From Hypanus sabinus (taxonomy: Eukaryota), in contig NC_082708.1 of NCBI RefSeq assembly GCF_030144855.1, positions 36,580,001 to 36,644,000 on the forward strand: 64,000 nucleotides of DNA. Direction: 5' to 3'. Below the pieces are notes generated by a model, which was not told where the DNA came from, searched no databases, and saw nothing but the letters and a program-made list of their open reading frames with translations. Both the position numbers and the translations under genes were made by a program. How positions within the stretch are numbered: the stretch's first letter is position 1; the number at the start of each line of letters is the position of its first letter. Positions 24,990 through 38,870 of this stretch are shown here, piece by piece.

Positions 24990-26575
24990 ATTTATAGAGT
25001 GTATAAAAGATAGTTTTCTGCAACAGTATTCTGAAGAACAAAAGAGCGTATAGGATTTTATAGATCTTGTATTGTGGCCAAAAAGCTCTTAGCAAACAGA
25101 GTCCTTAATTTGATATAAAACTGCAAGTGATTTAACTCAACCTGAAACCAGAGTCTTAAAGCTAAATAAAACAAGCAATGAATCTACAAGGTTTGGGCTG
25201 AGCTGATTAAAATGTAAAGAATGAATGCGTAGTTTACTAGTAATATCTGTACCTTTAAGGGAAAAAAAAGAGAAAGTAATCCAGTTGTAACTTTCAAGAG
25301 AAGTTGTATTTGATCAAAGGTTTATTATATTGCCAACAAAAAACTTCAGAATTCAGCAAATCCAGCAAGGTGTTGAAAAGGAAAGAAAAATAGTGTATGA
25401 GAGTAGGCTAGTGAAAAATATAAAAATAAAATCCCTTACAAACTGAGACAGAAGAAACTATATTGAGGAAAATTTGTTTCTGTCATTGCACTAACATAGC
25501 AGAGTTTATTTGTTAGCAAATGGTATCAAGTCACTTGGAAAATGATAATAGGTTTGGGCAGAGTCAGCATGAGAATATGAAATAATAATTTTTAACAAAT
25601 CTGTTGGAAGATTTTGAGCTTGAAACTAGCAGAATAAACAAAGGTGAATCGTTTGATGTGGTGTATTTGTATTTGAATATGGTGCCTTGCAAGATATTAC
25701 TAAATAAAGAAGTGTGCAGAGTGGAGACACATAGATACATAGTATTGGGAGTAACCTACTAGCATGGATTAAAGATTTTCATGTAGTCATACTGCTTATA
25801 AGTAGTTACTATAACCCACTCTGTCTATTCCAACCATGGGGTACACATCTACAATTATTCTATTTATCAACACTTGCCCATGGCCTACTGTGCCTTGGTG
25901 ACTCAAGTATTCATAAAATGGTGTGAATGCCTATTTCTGCCACCTTCTCAGGTAATGCATTCCAGATTAAACCATCCTCTGTGAGAAAAAAATATTCTTT
26001 CTCTAAGACTCTTACTCCTCTCCTTAAATCTATGCCATCTCGTTTTGGCAACCTCTTCCTTGGGGGAAAGTTTTCTTCTCGACTTCTGTTTGTGTCTCCC
26101 ATAATTTGTCCACCTCCATCAGGTCCCTCTTAGCCTCTACTGCTTCAAGGGAAACAAACCTAGCCTATCCATTCTCTCTTAAGAACTGAAACATTCTTTT
26201 CAACCAATATCTTATAAAGTGGAACCAAGACCTCCCTGCTTTTATTATACTCTTATTAGCCCTGGCTAGTGAAAGTAGACATTCTGTAAACCTTCCTCGC
26301 CACTCTATTTAATCTATTCATTTCTGGTAGAAAACAGAGTTGGAACAAACAAGGTTTAAAGTGAGAGGTAGGATGTTTTGGAGGGATCTGAGAGAGGTTA
26401 GTTGGAGCCTGCAGTTTGCTGCCTAAAGAGATGTGGAGGCATCTAGACAAGTACTTTAATTGCCAAGGCATGGAAGACTATAGACCTAAGGTGGATAAAT
26501 GGGATCAGTGTAGATAAATACACTGAGTGGGCATAGATATTGGAGATTAAGGGGCTGTTTTGTGCTGTATGACTT
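24990..26575. mobile_element. Cluster of old CR1 fragments on both strands
   Basis: Remnants of SQH....TNLLE, DVVYL and WNALP, plus CR1 3' tails. Confidence 0.6.
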
Positions 26576-27406
26576 TTTAACTTTTTAGATGTAATAAGTG
26601 GGGGAAGAGAGGAGGGATGAATCTCTTCTTTGGGTGATTTAATCCACCACTTAAATCATCCACTAAATCTGGACCTGTCCAAGAAATCAACATTTTCCAG
26701 TAGCTGGAAGAGTGCTTCTGCTGATGTTTGTGTGCTGATGGGGTGCAGCTGAAACAGGAGAGGGTGAAAAGTAAACAGAGCAGCAAGGTAAAAGTAGGGG
26801 AGATGAGACTCACAGCAGCAGGTATGAAACATGGGAGAGAAGCAATATCTAATTGCAGTGGTGGTGAGTTTCTAGCCTTTGTTTTTTAACTGCTCAGGCA
26901 CAAACAAATAGGGTTAAAACAAGCTGTGAATTCAGTGGATTTTACAAACTGTCTTTGTGTTGAAGTGTAGTACTGTCTGTATTTTATTAGATATTCCTGT
27001 CAACAGATTGTGGGCCAGTAGAAGATATCAATGCTGCATTTCAGTCATATGAGTGAGTGAAGGTCAATTGTGTAAAGTGATACATGTCAATTCAGGAAAG
27101 TTGAGAAGGTATCACATAATATACAACCATGTAGATAGCAAACAATGTTTGGAAGTAGGTTGGATAAGAAAGATTATTCATTGCAAGTTGTATAATCAAG
27201 CCTCGGGATGCAGTGTTGGTTGTACTCATATCTCAATATTGATACATGATTTGTGCATAAATTTTGTTTATTTCTTACTGAAAATACTGGGACTCAAGGG
27301 ACCTTGGAATGTATTCCATTTCACTGCGGGTTGAGACTCGTTCCCCTAAGCCTACTGTATATGTCTGAACTAAACAGCACTGTAATGTAATTGTTTTTTT
27401 TAACAG

Positions 27407-27564
27407 AAGGAATGTTGCAGATTTTCTTCTAACTGCTTCTTGCTTAAATGGGGAAGTCTACTTGATGTGACTACAAGTCCCATATAGCTTTGCATACATC
27501 CCATTATTATCAGTGGCTCTGGGACAGTCAAGTGAAGGGCAAAGGTTGATATCAGCAATGATTG
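27407..27564 (+). other. Possible non-coding exon
   Basis: Acceptor ttgttttttttaacag| and donor TTG|GTAAGT; stops in all three frames. Confidence 0.35.
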
Positions 27565-28271
27565 GTAAGTGCAGAGATACAAGACATTTCAAAAATAGTT
27601 TTCACAAAATATGGAGAGCCTACTTGTAGAATAATCAAATACAAAACTTAAATATAGTATTGTCAATATTTAGTTCTGTGAACAGAATGTGTGCCAATGC
27701 AGGAAAGTAATGTCGTGTTTCTGTGTATGAATGAATGGTCAGTTGTGTAAAGTCGACGAAGAAGTGAGTACACTTAATATACAACCATATATATATTTTA
27801 GCCAAGAGAAACATCAATTAATCCATACCTGGGAATTTTCTCAATATGATTAGAATCTCTGGTCATTTATGAAAATCTTGTGAATTTGAAGAAAACTTCA
27901 GTCACTGGATCCCAAAAGACTTCTCCCCTCAACATCACACGTTATATACAAAGTACAGGAGTTGTGAAGTTGAGCATCTTGTATGCAACCTCATGAACAA
28001 TTTGTATGCAAGCAGGTACTTTCTGATAGCCAGTAAACTGAAATGGGGAATCTAAGAACGGGGACAGAGGTCTTAATGGCAGAGGAGTAACAGCAGAGTT
28101 CACAAAGATTGCGGTGTATAGCGTGCTGGATTGCAGTGGTGCAGTGAGGAGTTAACAGAGCCACAGCACAACATGCACAGACTGTATTCGTCATTAAAAC
28201 CCATACAGGCCCATCACCCACTCACAGCCCACCAAGGTGACGTGGCTCATAGATATTGCACGGGTGGCTGG

Positions 28272-28487
28272 TGTGGTGAACTACATATACCTGTCTGGAC
28301 ACGCCCCCAGCTGACTGCTCCAGTGGCTCCTCCCACAGACCCCTGTATAAAGGTGATCAAGGCCTGAGCCCGGCCTCTCAGTCTCCAGGATGTAGTATGG
28401 TGGTCACTCACTGCTTGTTCCTTCTTCCAGTCAATAAAAGCCGATATCTCGCCTTTCGTCTCAGAGTGAGTTATTGATGGTGCATCA
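28272..28487 (+). mobile_element. Gypsy solo LTR
   Basis: TGTGGTGAAC...GTGCATCA, TATA-like tgtataaa, AATAAA, and 5-bp TSD GCTGG. Confidence 0.95.
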
Positions 28488-29454
28488 GCTGGAAGGTTTT
28501 GTGAGGTTTTTTAGAGGAAGTTTCAGGAGCAGCAGTAGGTCCTAGGGTTCAGACAGTGTGCCTGCCTGGGTAGTGGGATGGTATCCAACTGTTGTACCAA
28601 ACATTAGTACATTACCTACTCCCTCACCTTTTTTCCCCTAGGGTTGCTGAGCGAGCAAAAGTTTCAGAGACAACTTAAGTATGCTTAGATTTTTCTTTTC
28701 TCCTATTGTGGCCTCTGTACCATGTTTGCCCTGCCAGCAACATTGATGCTGGAGGTCACTCAACACATGAACAAACAAAGAACAGTACAGCACAGGTACA
28801 GGCCCTTCGGCTGAACCAAGTAAGTTAATAATCAAATGGCCAACTTAACTAATCCTTTATGCCTACATATTTCCATGTCCTCACATTCATTTGCCTATCT
28901 AAACACGTCTTAAAAGTCTCTAGTGTATCTTATACTCTGTTGTATATCAGCATGCTACTAAACGATGCAAACACAGGCTACTTCTTTATTAACAAGATTT
29001 TCCTTTTTACAATTATCTCCTCATGTTCATTCCACTGTATTTATGGTCAGCACAGGTCTGCTGTGCTGAAGATCCTATTCCTGTGCTGTACTGTTCTATG
29101 GTCAGAATGCTTATGCAAAATAAAATTAAACAAATTTTCATGTACCTGTCACATGTACTATAATATCCTATCATTAAAATTGAGTTTTTAATGTCCTGTA
29201 TGTATTAACTATTTGGATTGGGTATTAAATACACAACGATGAAGATAGTCTTTCCTGGAACAAAGGTTTCAGTACACAGAATTTTTCAAAGAACATGGAC
29301 AAAATACTAAATCATGGGTGAGCAGCACAATTGTAACTTCATATGGTACTTAACACAATTAAGGTTTATTCCCCAAAAGCAATTTATCGTGTCTGGATTA
29401 ATTGTAACCCTTCTGAAGTTTAGAGAATAGCTATTTTTCTCCGAAATGAAGAAG

Positions 29455-29488
29455 GGGGCGGGAAATCATTAATCACAACTATGCAAAT
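29455..29488 (+). promoter_or_regulatory. GC box plus octamer in a TE-poor island (candidate promoter/enhancer)
   Basis: GGGGCGGGA at 29455, ATGCAAAT at 29481, and a donor-like ACT|GTGAGT at 29667. Confidence 0.3.
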
Positions 29489-32079
29489 ACACACAAACTA
29501 TCCTGTTCAATCACAGTCAGCAGCTTTAACTTGTTCTGCATGCTTCTTGCTGCATACTGCACTCACAAGCAGATACTGTTCGTTCATAGAAAAGCATGGG
29601 ATACAATTAATCTCTGACTGAGAGGATGGAGTAATGGGAAGCATGCTCTTTTATCGACCATTTAACTGTGAGTGGTTTCTGTGATATTTCCTTCTGTTAC
29701 ACTCTGAAGCGTTTGAAAAGTTAATGTTTTTGTTGTCAATGTGAAAGCACCATCAATGTAAAATTTTGGCAGACTCCATAAAGCTGTTTTGATTATTTAA
29801 ACATGGAATGTTGAGGAAACTTAATTTTTTTTCTATCAACGGTAGCAGTGCTGAAGGTGGTTTATGAGCAGCAGTGTGAGTACCAACGTTGACTGAATAC
29901 AAAATAACCCAATGTGTCAAAAACAAATTCAGAATGACTGATGCTTATATTTGCTCCATGTATATGTACTGTGTAGCATGACTGTTTTGAAAGATGGTGA
30001 ATATACACTTTGTATTTTAAAGTACCATATCTTAAAGTTTCAGTTCAGAATGTTCCCTAGAACTTTAATACTAACACTTTAACTTGCATATTGGTCACAA
30101 TCCAAGTTAGCTATGTGTATGCTTTGCAGCACTACAAAACTGAACATTTCGTTTTCTAAAATATATTGAGCAAAGGAGGATCATTGTCATTGGTTACTAA
30201 TTTTAAATTCCTTGATGATGTATAATTACATGTATAATGACAGAAGCAGTCCATTTAGTTCAGAGAGTTTGTAATTGTGTTTATCCCCCTCAAGATAGTC
30301 CCTTCTCACATTATGTATCTGTGCTCTATCCATATGCAATCCCTTCAATCATTTATTTATTCTATTGTTTTACTGACTCAATCTTCACTTCAATCACAAA
30401 TTAAAATAGCAGGTAAATAGTTTTGAATGCATACTTGGCAAATAGTGTTCCAAGTGGCACATGTCACATGTGCACTGATTGAGAAAAGTCAGGACGATGT
30501 GTTCTAGTTTTATAAAGTATATTCTGGGAGTCCAAATGCAGTCAATTACCAGAGTTTACAAAGACTCCATAAGGAGCACTTGTCTACAGTAACAAGTTAG
30601 TATTTATTTTAAAACGTACAATTCATGTTACTTCATTTAAAATTTAATTGTAATACACATTGTTAAATATGAACAAAATTATCAATCAAGGCCTTATTTT
30701 TAAAACCTGAATAAAATGTTACATGTATTCAGCCAAAGCAGACTCCCGATGCATTTTTTTTCCAGCAGACAACCCCTTAAAATGTAAGATCTGAACTGCC
30801 TTTGTAATTGTCCATAAAGCTGATTGTAAGTATTCTATTCTATGATTTTAAAACAATTAACTGGTCAGTAATACAAATCCAAGTGCATTGACATTCATCC
30901 TGGAAACTACCCTTTAACAAACATGCTATTCTCTTAAATAACTTGAATTAAAAAAAAAACAATCTGGATGTATATAAGATTAAGGATGATGAAATCTGTG
31001 CAGTTAAGTATAGATAGGTGATCAATAAGCTTCAGTCTCAGAGATAATTGAAATGCCATCAAGACATTGTATTTGGTCATCAATGCATAATGGAGATGGT
31101 TATATGGGACTGACATCTTGTACTCTTTGCTTATTTACATTTTTGAATCAGGCAGAAATCAGGAACTCATTTATCAATGTGTACGCTTTACTTTTACTTC
31201 CATCATAAGATTAAGGGGATACATTTCTGAGTTTTTGGTTGGTGATTTGTTAGACAGTACATCCCAGAGAGGGGTGTATAAAACCATAATCCCAGTTCGT
31301 TGATTCACAGTAGTGAGCCATGTAAAACTGCAGTTTAGAAATTCTAGTGTATCTCCAAGGTGTGCACCATCAGATCTCAATTGTAATTGAAACTCAGGGT
31401 CTTGGATAGAGCAGAGCAGGAGGTATACATTTTCACAGAGGAAATGAGCCATTTAATCCTTCTCTCCTGGGGCTGCCCACAGGATCTTGGCCACAAAGGT
31501 GGTTGGGCCTGTGGCAAGGATGAGACACCCAAAACCAGCTTTTGGAACAGAGGTCTGTGGCAGGGTGGGATGCATCTGTGTTTGAGCAGAAAAGCCAGGA
31601 GTTTGAAATGGAGATGGAACTGAGGCTATGAATCACTGGGAAATCTGAGAACAGAAGAATGCTTAAGAAAAAGGTTGCAGGATATTGAAGGTTGTGGGAA
31701 TGAACCAGGACCTGCTGCAAAGAGGTAGTTAGATAGGGAAGAATAGAAAGAGGATTCAAAAGCCATGTGGAAAGCCAAATTATTTTAGTGTGGTGATGGA
31801 AGAGAGGGTTCAAGTGATATCAGTAGGTATATCACTATTTTAAGGCCTCTAAGCTCAGTAGTGAGGGAGGAGGGAGACAGATTCTGTTGTCCCAGAAGTG
31901 CTCAATAGAGTCCCCTCCAAAGTAATGTGATTCAAGTTTTCCTCTTTTCCACCAAATTGCTTTTTTCATTTTTTGGTATTAGTCCTTCTTGTTGTCAATT
32001 CTTATGCCCTTAATTTCTACTCTGATTGTTGGATTACTAAATTTATCAACTAGGATTTTTAAAAAATGATCATCAGACA

Positions 32080-32870
32080 AAAGGCCAAAACTAGACCATT
32101 CATTCCATCGAGTCTGCTCCACCATTCCAACATAAATGGCTTATTATCCCTCTCAACCCCATTGAGAAGTTGCCAGATATTGGATTTACATGAACTAATA
32201 GAAACTATCAAATTATGGGAAATTGACCAAGACTAGGACATCTAGAGAAAATAGTAGAGTGTCAAGGACTGTTGATGAACAGAAAGACCTTGGATACCTA
32301 TCCATAGTACCATGTAAGTGATAGCACTGGTGGATGAGGAGGTGAAGAAGGAATAAGGCATGCTTGCCTTTATCATATGCAGTATCACCACACTATAAGA
32401 AGGATATGACTGTGCTAGAGAGGGTGCAGAGGAGATTCACTACGATGTTGCCTGGATTGGAGGGCTTTGGTTAGAAGGAGAGATTGGATAGACTGGGGCA
32501 TAGAAAGCTGAAGGACCCGTGAGAGGCATTGATTGGGTAAATAGTAAAAATCTTTCTCCCATGCCGGGTGTGTCTAACTCAGGATGGTATGGGTTTAACA
32601 TGAGAAGAGTATAAAGAGAGGAATGATTTTCACAAAGAGAGTGATTGATATCTGGAAAGCACTGCCAGAGGAGATGGTGAAGGCAGAGAGAATGACAGCA
32701 TTTAAGAGGTATCCTCCATCTCCTTTGGAATAGCCAAGGAACAGAGTTACTAATGTAGACAAATTATATTATACTTTATAGATTTGTGTAACAGTTGTCA
32801 TAGGTGGATTGAGGTGGATTGTGGTGGATTCAGGAGCCTATTTTGTGCTGTTTTACTCTATAACTCTATG
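32080..32870 (+). mobile_element. Old CR1 3' fragments
   Basis: LERVQRRFTTMLPGLEG remnant and CR1 tail. Confidence 0.7.
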
Positions 32871-33184
32871 TTCTGAACTCACTAACTTCTGCCAAGAGAG
32901 TACTTCAGAACCAAAAGCATCTGTTTATAATTCTGTTTTAAAACCATTATTTCTAATGTTTATTTGTGTCTAAAAATTATTCATGAGAAGCTGTGCATTA
33001 GTTCACTTGTAAAGTGGTATAGCCAATGAACATGAACTTTCTCACTCATGCAATAGACTTAGAATTTTATGTTGGTCCACTTAATGTGCTTTCTTTAAAA
33101 ACTGCATAAATACTGTAAATTATACTAATTAATAAATAGCATATGTTCAACCTAGTTATAACAACCTGAAATAAAATATATGAA

Positions 33185-33445
33185 CTGTTGTGTGTAAAAA
33201 TCTCAGGAGATCAGCAGTTTCTGAGATACTCAAACCACATTGTCTGGCACCAACAATCATTCTACAGTCAGAACCACCTGGATTAAATTTCTTCCCATTC
33301 TGATGTTTGGTCTGAGCAACAACTGACTTTCTTAACCATGTCTGCATACTTCTATGCATTGTGTTGCTGCACTGTAATTGGCTGATTAGATATTTGCATA
33401 AATGAGCAAGTGTACTGATGTAGCTAATAACAAGGCCACTGACAG
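33185..33445 (-). mobile_element. Tc1-like transposon 5' relic
   Basis: MIVGARQCGLSISETADLL.F.HTTV, a Tc1 N-terminal HTH. Confidence 0.75.
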
Positions 33446-33669
33446 TAGCTTAAAAATAAACGAAGCAAGGATTTTTTCAATATTTCTGTTTGTTCTGCCA
33501 TCTCCCTTGTTATTTGAACATGTTCTTACATTGATTTCTTGTGGTTTCTTTGTGATTAGTTAGAGATTTGAAGCAGTTGTTATCACTGTAAGGGTTACAC
33601 CTTTGATGTAAAGACTAATTTGTCAGAGTTACTTCAATAACTGCCATGACAAAGAACTTCAATGGTGTC

Positions 33670-34527
33670 AGTGGCTCATATTGAGAAGTTCTTTCAGGTC
33701 AATGCCTTTGACCACAGGGCCATCAGGCAGTGGTCAGCACGTAAGGTCCTGCAGGCACTGCAGGAGAAGGACGAGATGGACACAGTGGGGTGGTTCCCTG
33801 AGCAGACTGTCCAGTTCATCTGGCAAAATGCCTCATCGCCAGACCTCACCAACAGGCACCAAAACCTCGACTTGGTGGTGAGAGGGGCCCTCCCAGTCCG
33901 ATCCCTCCTGTATGCCCGGAACATCGCCTCCACATCCCTCTGCCCACGGGAGGACTGTAGTGAGGAGGAGTCGGTGACCCACCTCTTTGCACACTGTGGG
34001 TTTGCCGAGAAGGTGTGGAGGAGGATGGAAGGGGCAGTGTCAAAGTTCATCTCCAGCAGCTGCGTAACAGAGGACTCTCTGATCTACGAGCTGTTCTCGG
34101 GGACGCACACTGAGACCAACATACGGTGCTGCTGGCAGATCATCAACTCGGTCAAAGACGCTCTTTGGTCAGCCCGAAACTTGATGGTCTACCAGCACAC
34201 GGAGATGTCCGTGAGGGAATGCTGCCGACTGGGATGATCTCGGCTGCAGGAGTACGTGCTGAGGGACGCACTCAAACTCAGTGCAGCCACCGCAAAGGCC
34301 CACAGTCTAGGGTCCTTCTCCCGTGGGAGTTGAGGGGTGGGTGGTGGGGTGTATACCCCTAAACCACTGTATGTAAGTATGGAATAACAGAGTGCCACCT
34401 GGGTGGCAAAAGTGTGGGAATGTAAAGACTGTAGTGGAAACATTTGTAAAGGACTGAGAGTCATCGAATGGTTTATTGTACTTAATTTTATTTTTGAATA
34501 AAGTATATTTTGATTATATAAAAAAAT
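33670..34527 (+). mobile_element. Tx1/L1-clade LINE 3' end
   Basis: GALPVRSLLYAR...CPREDCSEEESVTHLFAHC (CCHC, zf-RVT-like), KDALWSARN, and aataaa with an A-tail. Confidence 0.88.
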
Positions 34528-36114
34528 ATTGTGAAGCCAGAATAAACAGACTGCCATAGTGATGGTGCAGCCACGTGCTCGACCAAGTTGAGGTTCCTGA
34601 GAATGACTCCAAGTTTCATTCTGAAAGTATAAACAAATGCAGAGCCAGAGGAAAGCAAAATTTTCAACAAGTTGAGTGTTCTTGTAACAAACAATCATTT
34701 AGCAAAGGAAGGAAAAGGGAAGTTTTAAAGAGACTCATGGTACACAAATGTTTTAAGATTTCATTAACTGCACTTGGCTATCGCAATGTCCAGAACTCAT
34801 TTATCTTTATCCCAAATGTTTGGGCCATCTCAGTCTCATTTGGTTTGGCTCATTTCCCAGCAGTCTAGCTTAGTTGGTAACTTAACAATCTGGTTTTATT
34901 TCCCTCAAAGAACAGGATACGAACCCTCTTACAATAGCATCTATCAAGCTCCACAGTTAATATATTTGTAAACTTATGGCAGATTTTATTTAGACAGGTC
35001 TTACTTATCTGAGAAGTACTTCTATCAGCACTAGTTTCATTGAAGACAATGGATCACACATTACAATCCACACATCTGAATTCATGCAAGTTGTTCAGGC
35101 AAGCTGACTAAGTTAAGAGTCGTTATTGCATTTCATTCATGTGAAAATATTTGTGCCTTCTATGTGCACATCACCAATGAGCAGTGCTTTTTTTTCAGTT
35201 TTCCCTCTCCCAATCCAGAAATTCAACACAAAAAGTTAGCAAGGCCTTTCTTTGACCTTCTGGGTTTCTCTGGCAGATTCTTTGTTGGTCTAGAAAGAAA
35301 TGGGTGTGGCAAGGATAATTAAAAATGTATGCTTCATGTATTCTTTACAGTTAAAGATCTAAATATTGTCAGAGCTATCACAATAATTCTATGGGTATTC
35401 CTTTCAATCAGAATCACCACATCACAGTGCTTGGTATTCTAGAGCAATATTAGGAGAGGTATTGTTATTAAATGCGTCACCCTTTTGAATAATTATATTA
35501 GGGTTAGCTATTTCTGTTCAGAGGGATGATAACTTCTCATGCATTCTTTCTTGTTGCCCTGGCCAGCATTCATCATTCAACTAAAAGAATATGTAGTCAT
35601 TTACCTTGGGAATTTGCCGAGTGCAAACCACTGCTTAAAACAACCCTCTACCTTAAAACAAAGGTAGCACCTTTGCTTCTTTTGTCTACATGAATTGACT
35701 AACTAAGAATTTGAAGCACTAAGAGAACAATTTTGTAGTAATAAAATCTATCGAAAGAGAAAATATTGACGCAATGTCATCAAGGATTGTCTGCCTTGCC
35801 TCCAAAATAACTCTTGGTATGAATAAAAGAGTTGTGTGTCACAATTGTAGGTTGATTTCCATTCATAGATACAACATCTGCAGATTAAGTCATTTTTGAT
35901 CAATTAAATTAAGTTAATAATGCCTTTCCTTGACCCACTGGGCTCCTCCAACAAATTCTTTATAGGTCTAGAAAGAAATGGGTGTGTGCAAAGATAACTA
36001 CAGTGACATAATTTTGGGAATAATTGTAATATATATATTAAAATGAACTTCGTAATATAATTGGAGTATATACCAATTCAAATTAGTGCAAAATTAATGC
36101 TATTTTCCATTAAG

Positions 36115-37035
36115 AAAGTCATACAGCACAGCAGCACAGAAACAGGCCCCTCGCCCATCTAATCTGTGCTGACATTTTTTCTCACTCCTGTCTACCCACA
36201 TCCAGATCATAGTCCTCTATACCCCTCCCATCCATGTACTATTCCAAACTTCTCTCAAGTGTTGCAATTGAACTCACTTCAAACACTTCCGTTGGCAGCT
36301 CGTTCCACAAATACAACACCTCCTGAGTGAAGTTCCCTCTGAAACCCCTAAGATATTTCACATTTCAACTTAAACCTATCTCCTCTAGTTCTAGTCTCAC
36401 CCAATCTTAGGGTAAAAAGCCTGCAAGCATTCACTCAAAATATACCCCTCATAATTTTGTATACCTCTATAAAATCTCCCCTCATTCATCTCTGCTCGAG
36501 AGAATAAAGTCTTACCCAATTCAACCTTACCCTATAACTTTGTCTTCAAGTCCCAGCAACAGTCTTGGAGATTTTCTCTTCTCTTTTAAACTTACTGATA
36601 TCTTTCCTATAGGTAGGTGACCAAAACTGCATAGAATACTCTTTCAGCCTCATCAATGTCTTATATTATGTCAACTTATGTATTAAGTGCTCTGATATAT
36701 GCAGGACAATGTGGCAAAAACTTTCTTTATGACCCCATCTATCTGTGACATTACTTTCAAGAAATTATAGATCTGTTTTCCCTTTGCTCTACCACACGCC
36801 TCAGTGCCCTACCATTCACTCTGTTAGTCTTACCCTGATTTGTCCTGACAAAGTGCATCTCAATTTTGTCTGCGTTAAGTTTTATCTGCCATTTTTCAGC
36901 TTATTTTCCGAACTGGTCCAAATCATGCTATTATGCTGCAAACTTCGATCGCCTGCCTTTCTGAACACAACACCCTCAGTCTTGGTGTCATCAGCAAATT
37001 TGTTGATCCAGATTACCACATTAACATCTATTAAC
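36115..37035 (-). mobile_element. CR1 3' fragment
   Basis: CR1 tail (cagcacagaaacaggccc) and KFADDTK (ttggtgtcatcagcaaattt). Confidence 0.75.
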
Positions 37036-38164
37036 TGTTAAATAGGGAGCAGCAGCAATTTGATCCCCTGGAGGGGAACTGGCAGAAAGGAAAGGTTTTC
37101 TTTGACTTCTTAGACTATAAGGTTTTATGTTTAAGAGGAACTGTTGATGAGACTTTAGTAAACTGCAATATCATTTTTGTAGATGATACATATTGCTGCT
37201 ATTGGTGTCTGAGGTGCTGAACAGAGTGGCAGTCAATGGGCTGCTTTGCCATAGATAGCATCATGCTTTTGGAATTGGACAGTCAGTCTATCAAATATTT
37301 TATCATGATCTTGAATTGTAAATGGAAGAAAAACTTCAGAGAATCAGGAGGCAGCCATCCTTTATAGAACACCTGCTCTTGCACCTTCACTATTTAAGTG
37401 ACAGGTCCAGTTAAGTTTGTGGTTAGTGTCAGTGATTGTGGACTTAATAATGCTAATATCAGTATTGTCAAGGGGAGGTGGTTAACTGTCTCATTTTGAA
37501 ATGTTCATTCCCTGACATTTCAGTAATATAAATTATACTTGCTACATCAGTCCAACATTGAACACTGTCCAGGATTGTCTGTGTGCACACACAAAAACCC
37601 TTTCTTTATCTAAGGAGCTGCAACCAAAACTGGAGATTGCAATCATCAGCAAAAATATCTCATTCTGACATGAGAGCAGAAAAATCAGTGATGAAGTGCC
37701 TGAAAGTGGTTGGGACTTGGAAGTCCTTGAATTAGATGATTGTCCTCAAGCAACCATATTTCCCTTCCTTTACTCCCATTATGCCTCCAGCCAATTGTGA
37801 GTGGGGGCTTCCTGCTGATTCCCATTGACTTTAATGTGATTAGAAGTCCTTGATGGCGCACTCAGTAAAACGTTGCCTTGATAACATTATGACTTGGAAC
37901 TTATTACAACACAGGACCTAACAAAGACAAACAGGCTGAATTCGAACCTGTTTCCAGCTCCATAAATCTGATTTGTGTTTCACAGAATTGAGATGTCTCG
38001 GCTTGAGGGAAGGAAAAGATGGAAAACTAATTAGGTTCTGGCTGGATGTTGACTGTGCAAGTTGATTGGGCTGAATGATCTCTAACTTTAGAGTAAAAGT
38101 TTTTTTTTTTGCTTTGCTTTTTTGCCCGAGAACTAAATGAGTGCAGGTCTGTGATGGTCTCTGT

Positions 38165-38870
38165 CAGAATCAGAATTAGAATCAGGTTTAATATCTCTGC
38201 CATATGCTATGTCACAAAATATGTTGTTTGTGGCAGCAGTACATTGCATACATAATATAAACTATAAATTACAATAAGAAATATATCTGAAAATTAAACT
38301 TGTGCAACAGAATACTGAGGTAGTATACATGGGTTTATCGTCCATTCAGAAATCTGATGGCATAGGGAAGAAGCTGTTTCTGAAATGTTGAGTGTGTGGT
38401 TAGGCTCCTGTACCTCCTCCTTAATGGTAGCAATGAGAAAATGGCATATCCTGGATGATGGAGGTTTTCAATGACAGATGCCTCCCTTTAAAGGCATCAC
38501 CTTTTGAAGATGTCCTCAATGCCGGGGAGGCTAGAGCTTAAGATGGAGCTGGCTGAGTTTGCAACTTTATGTATTTTTTTCCAATCTTGTACAGAGGCCC
38601 CTCCATACCAGACAGTAATACAACCAGTTAGAATGCACTCCATGGTACATCTGTAGAAATTTGCGAGAGTCTTTGGTGACATAGCTCAAACTCCTAATGA
38701 AATATAGCTACTGTCTTTGTAATTGCACTGATAAATTGGGCCCAAGATAGATGCTGACACCAGGAACTTGAAACTTCTCACCCTTTCCACTGATGAGGAC
38801 TGGTGTGTGTTCCCTCGATTTCCCCTTCATGAAGTCCACAATCAATTCCTCGGCCTTACTGACGTTAAGT
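38165..38870 (-). mobile_element. Rex1/Babar-type LINE 3' end
   Basis: MSPKTLANFYRCTMECILTGCITVWYG and a (ctgatt)n tail. Confidence 0.85.
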
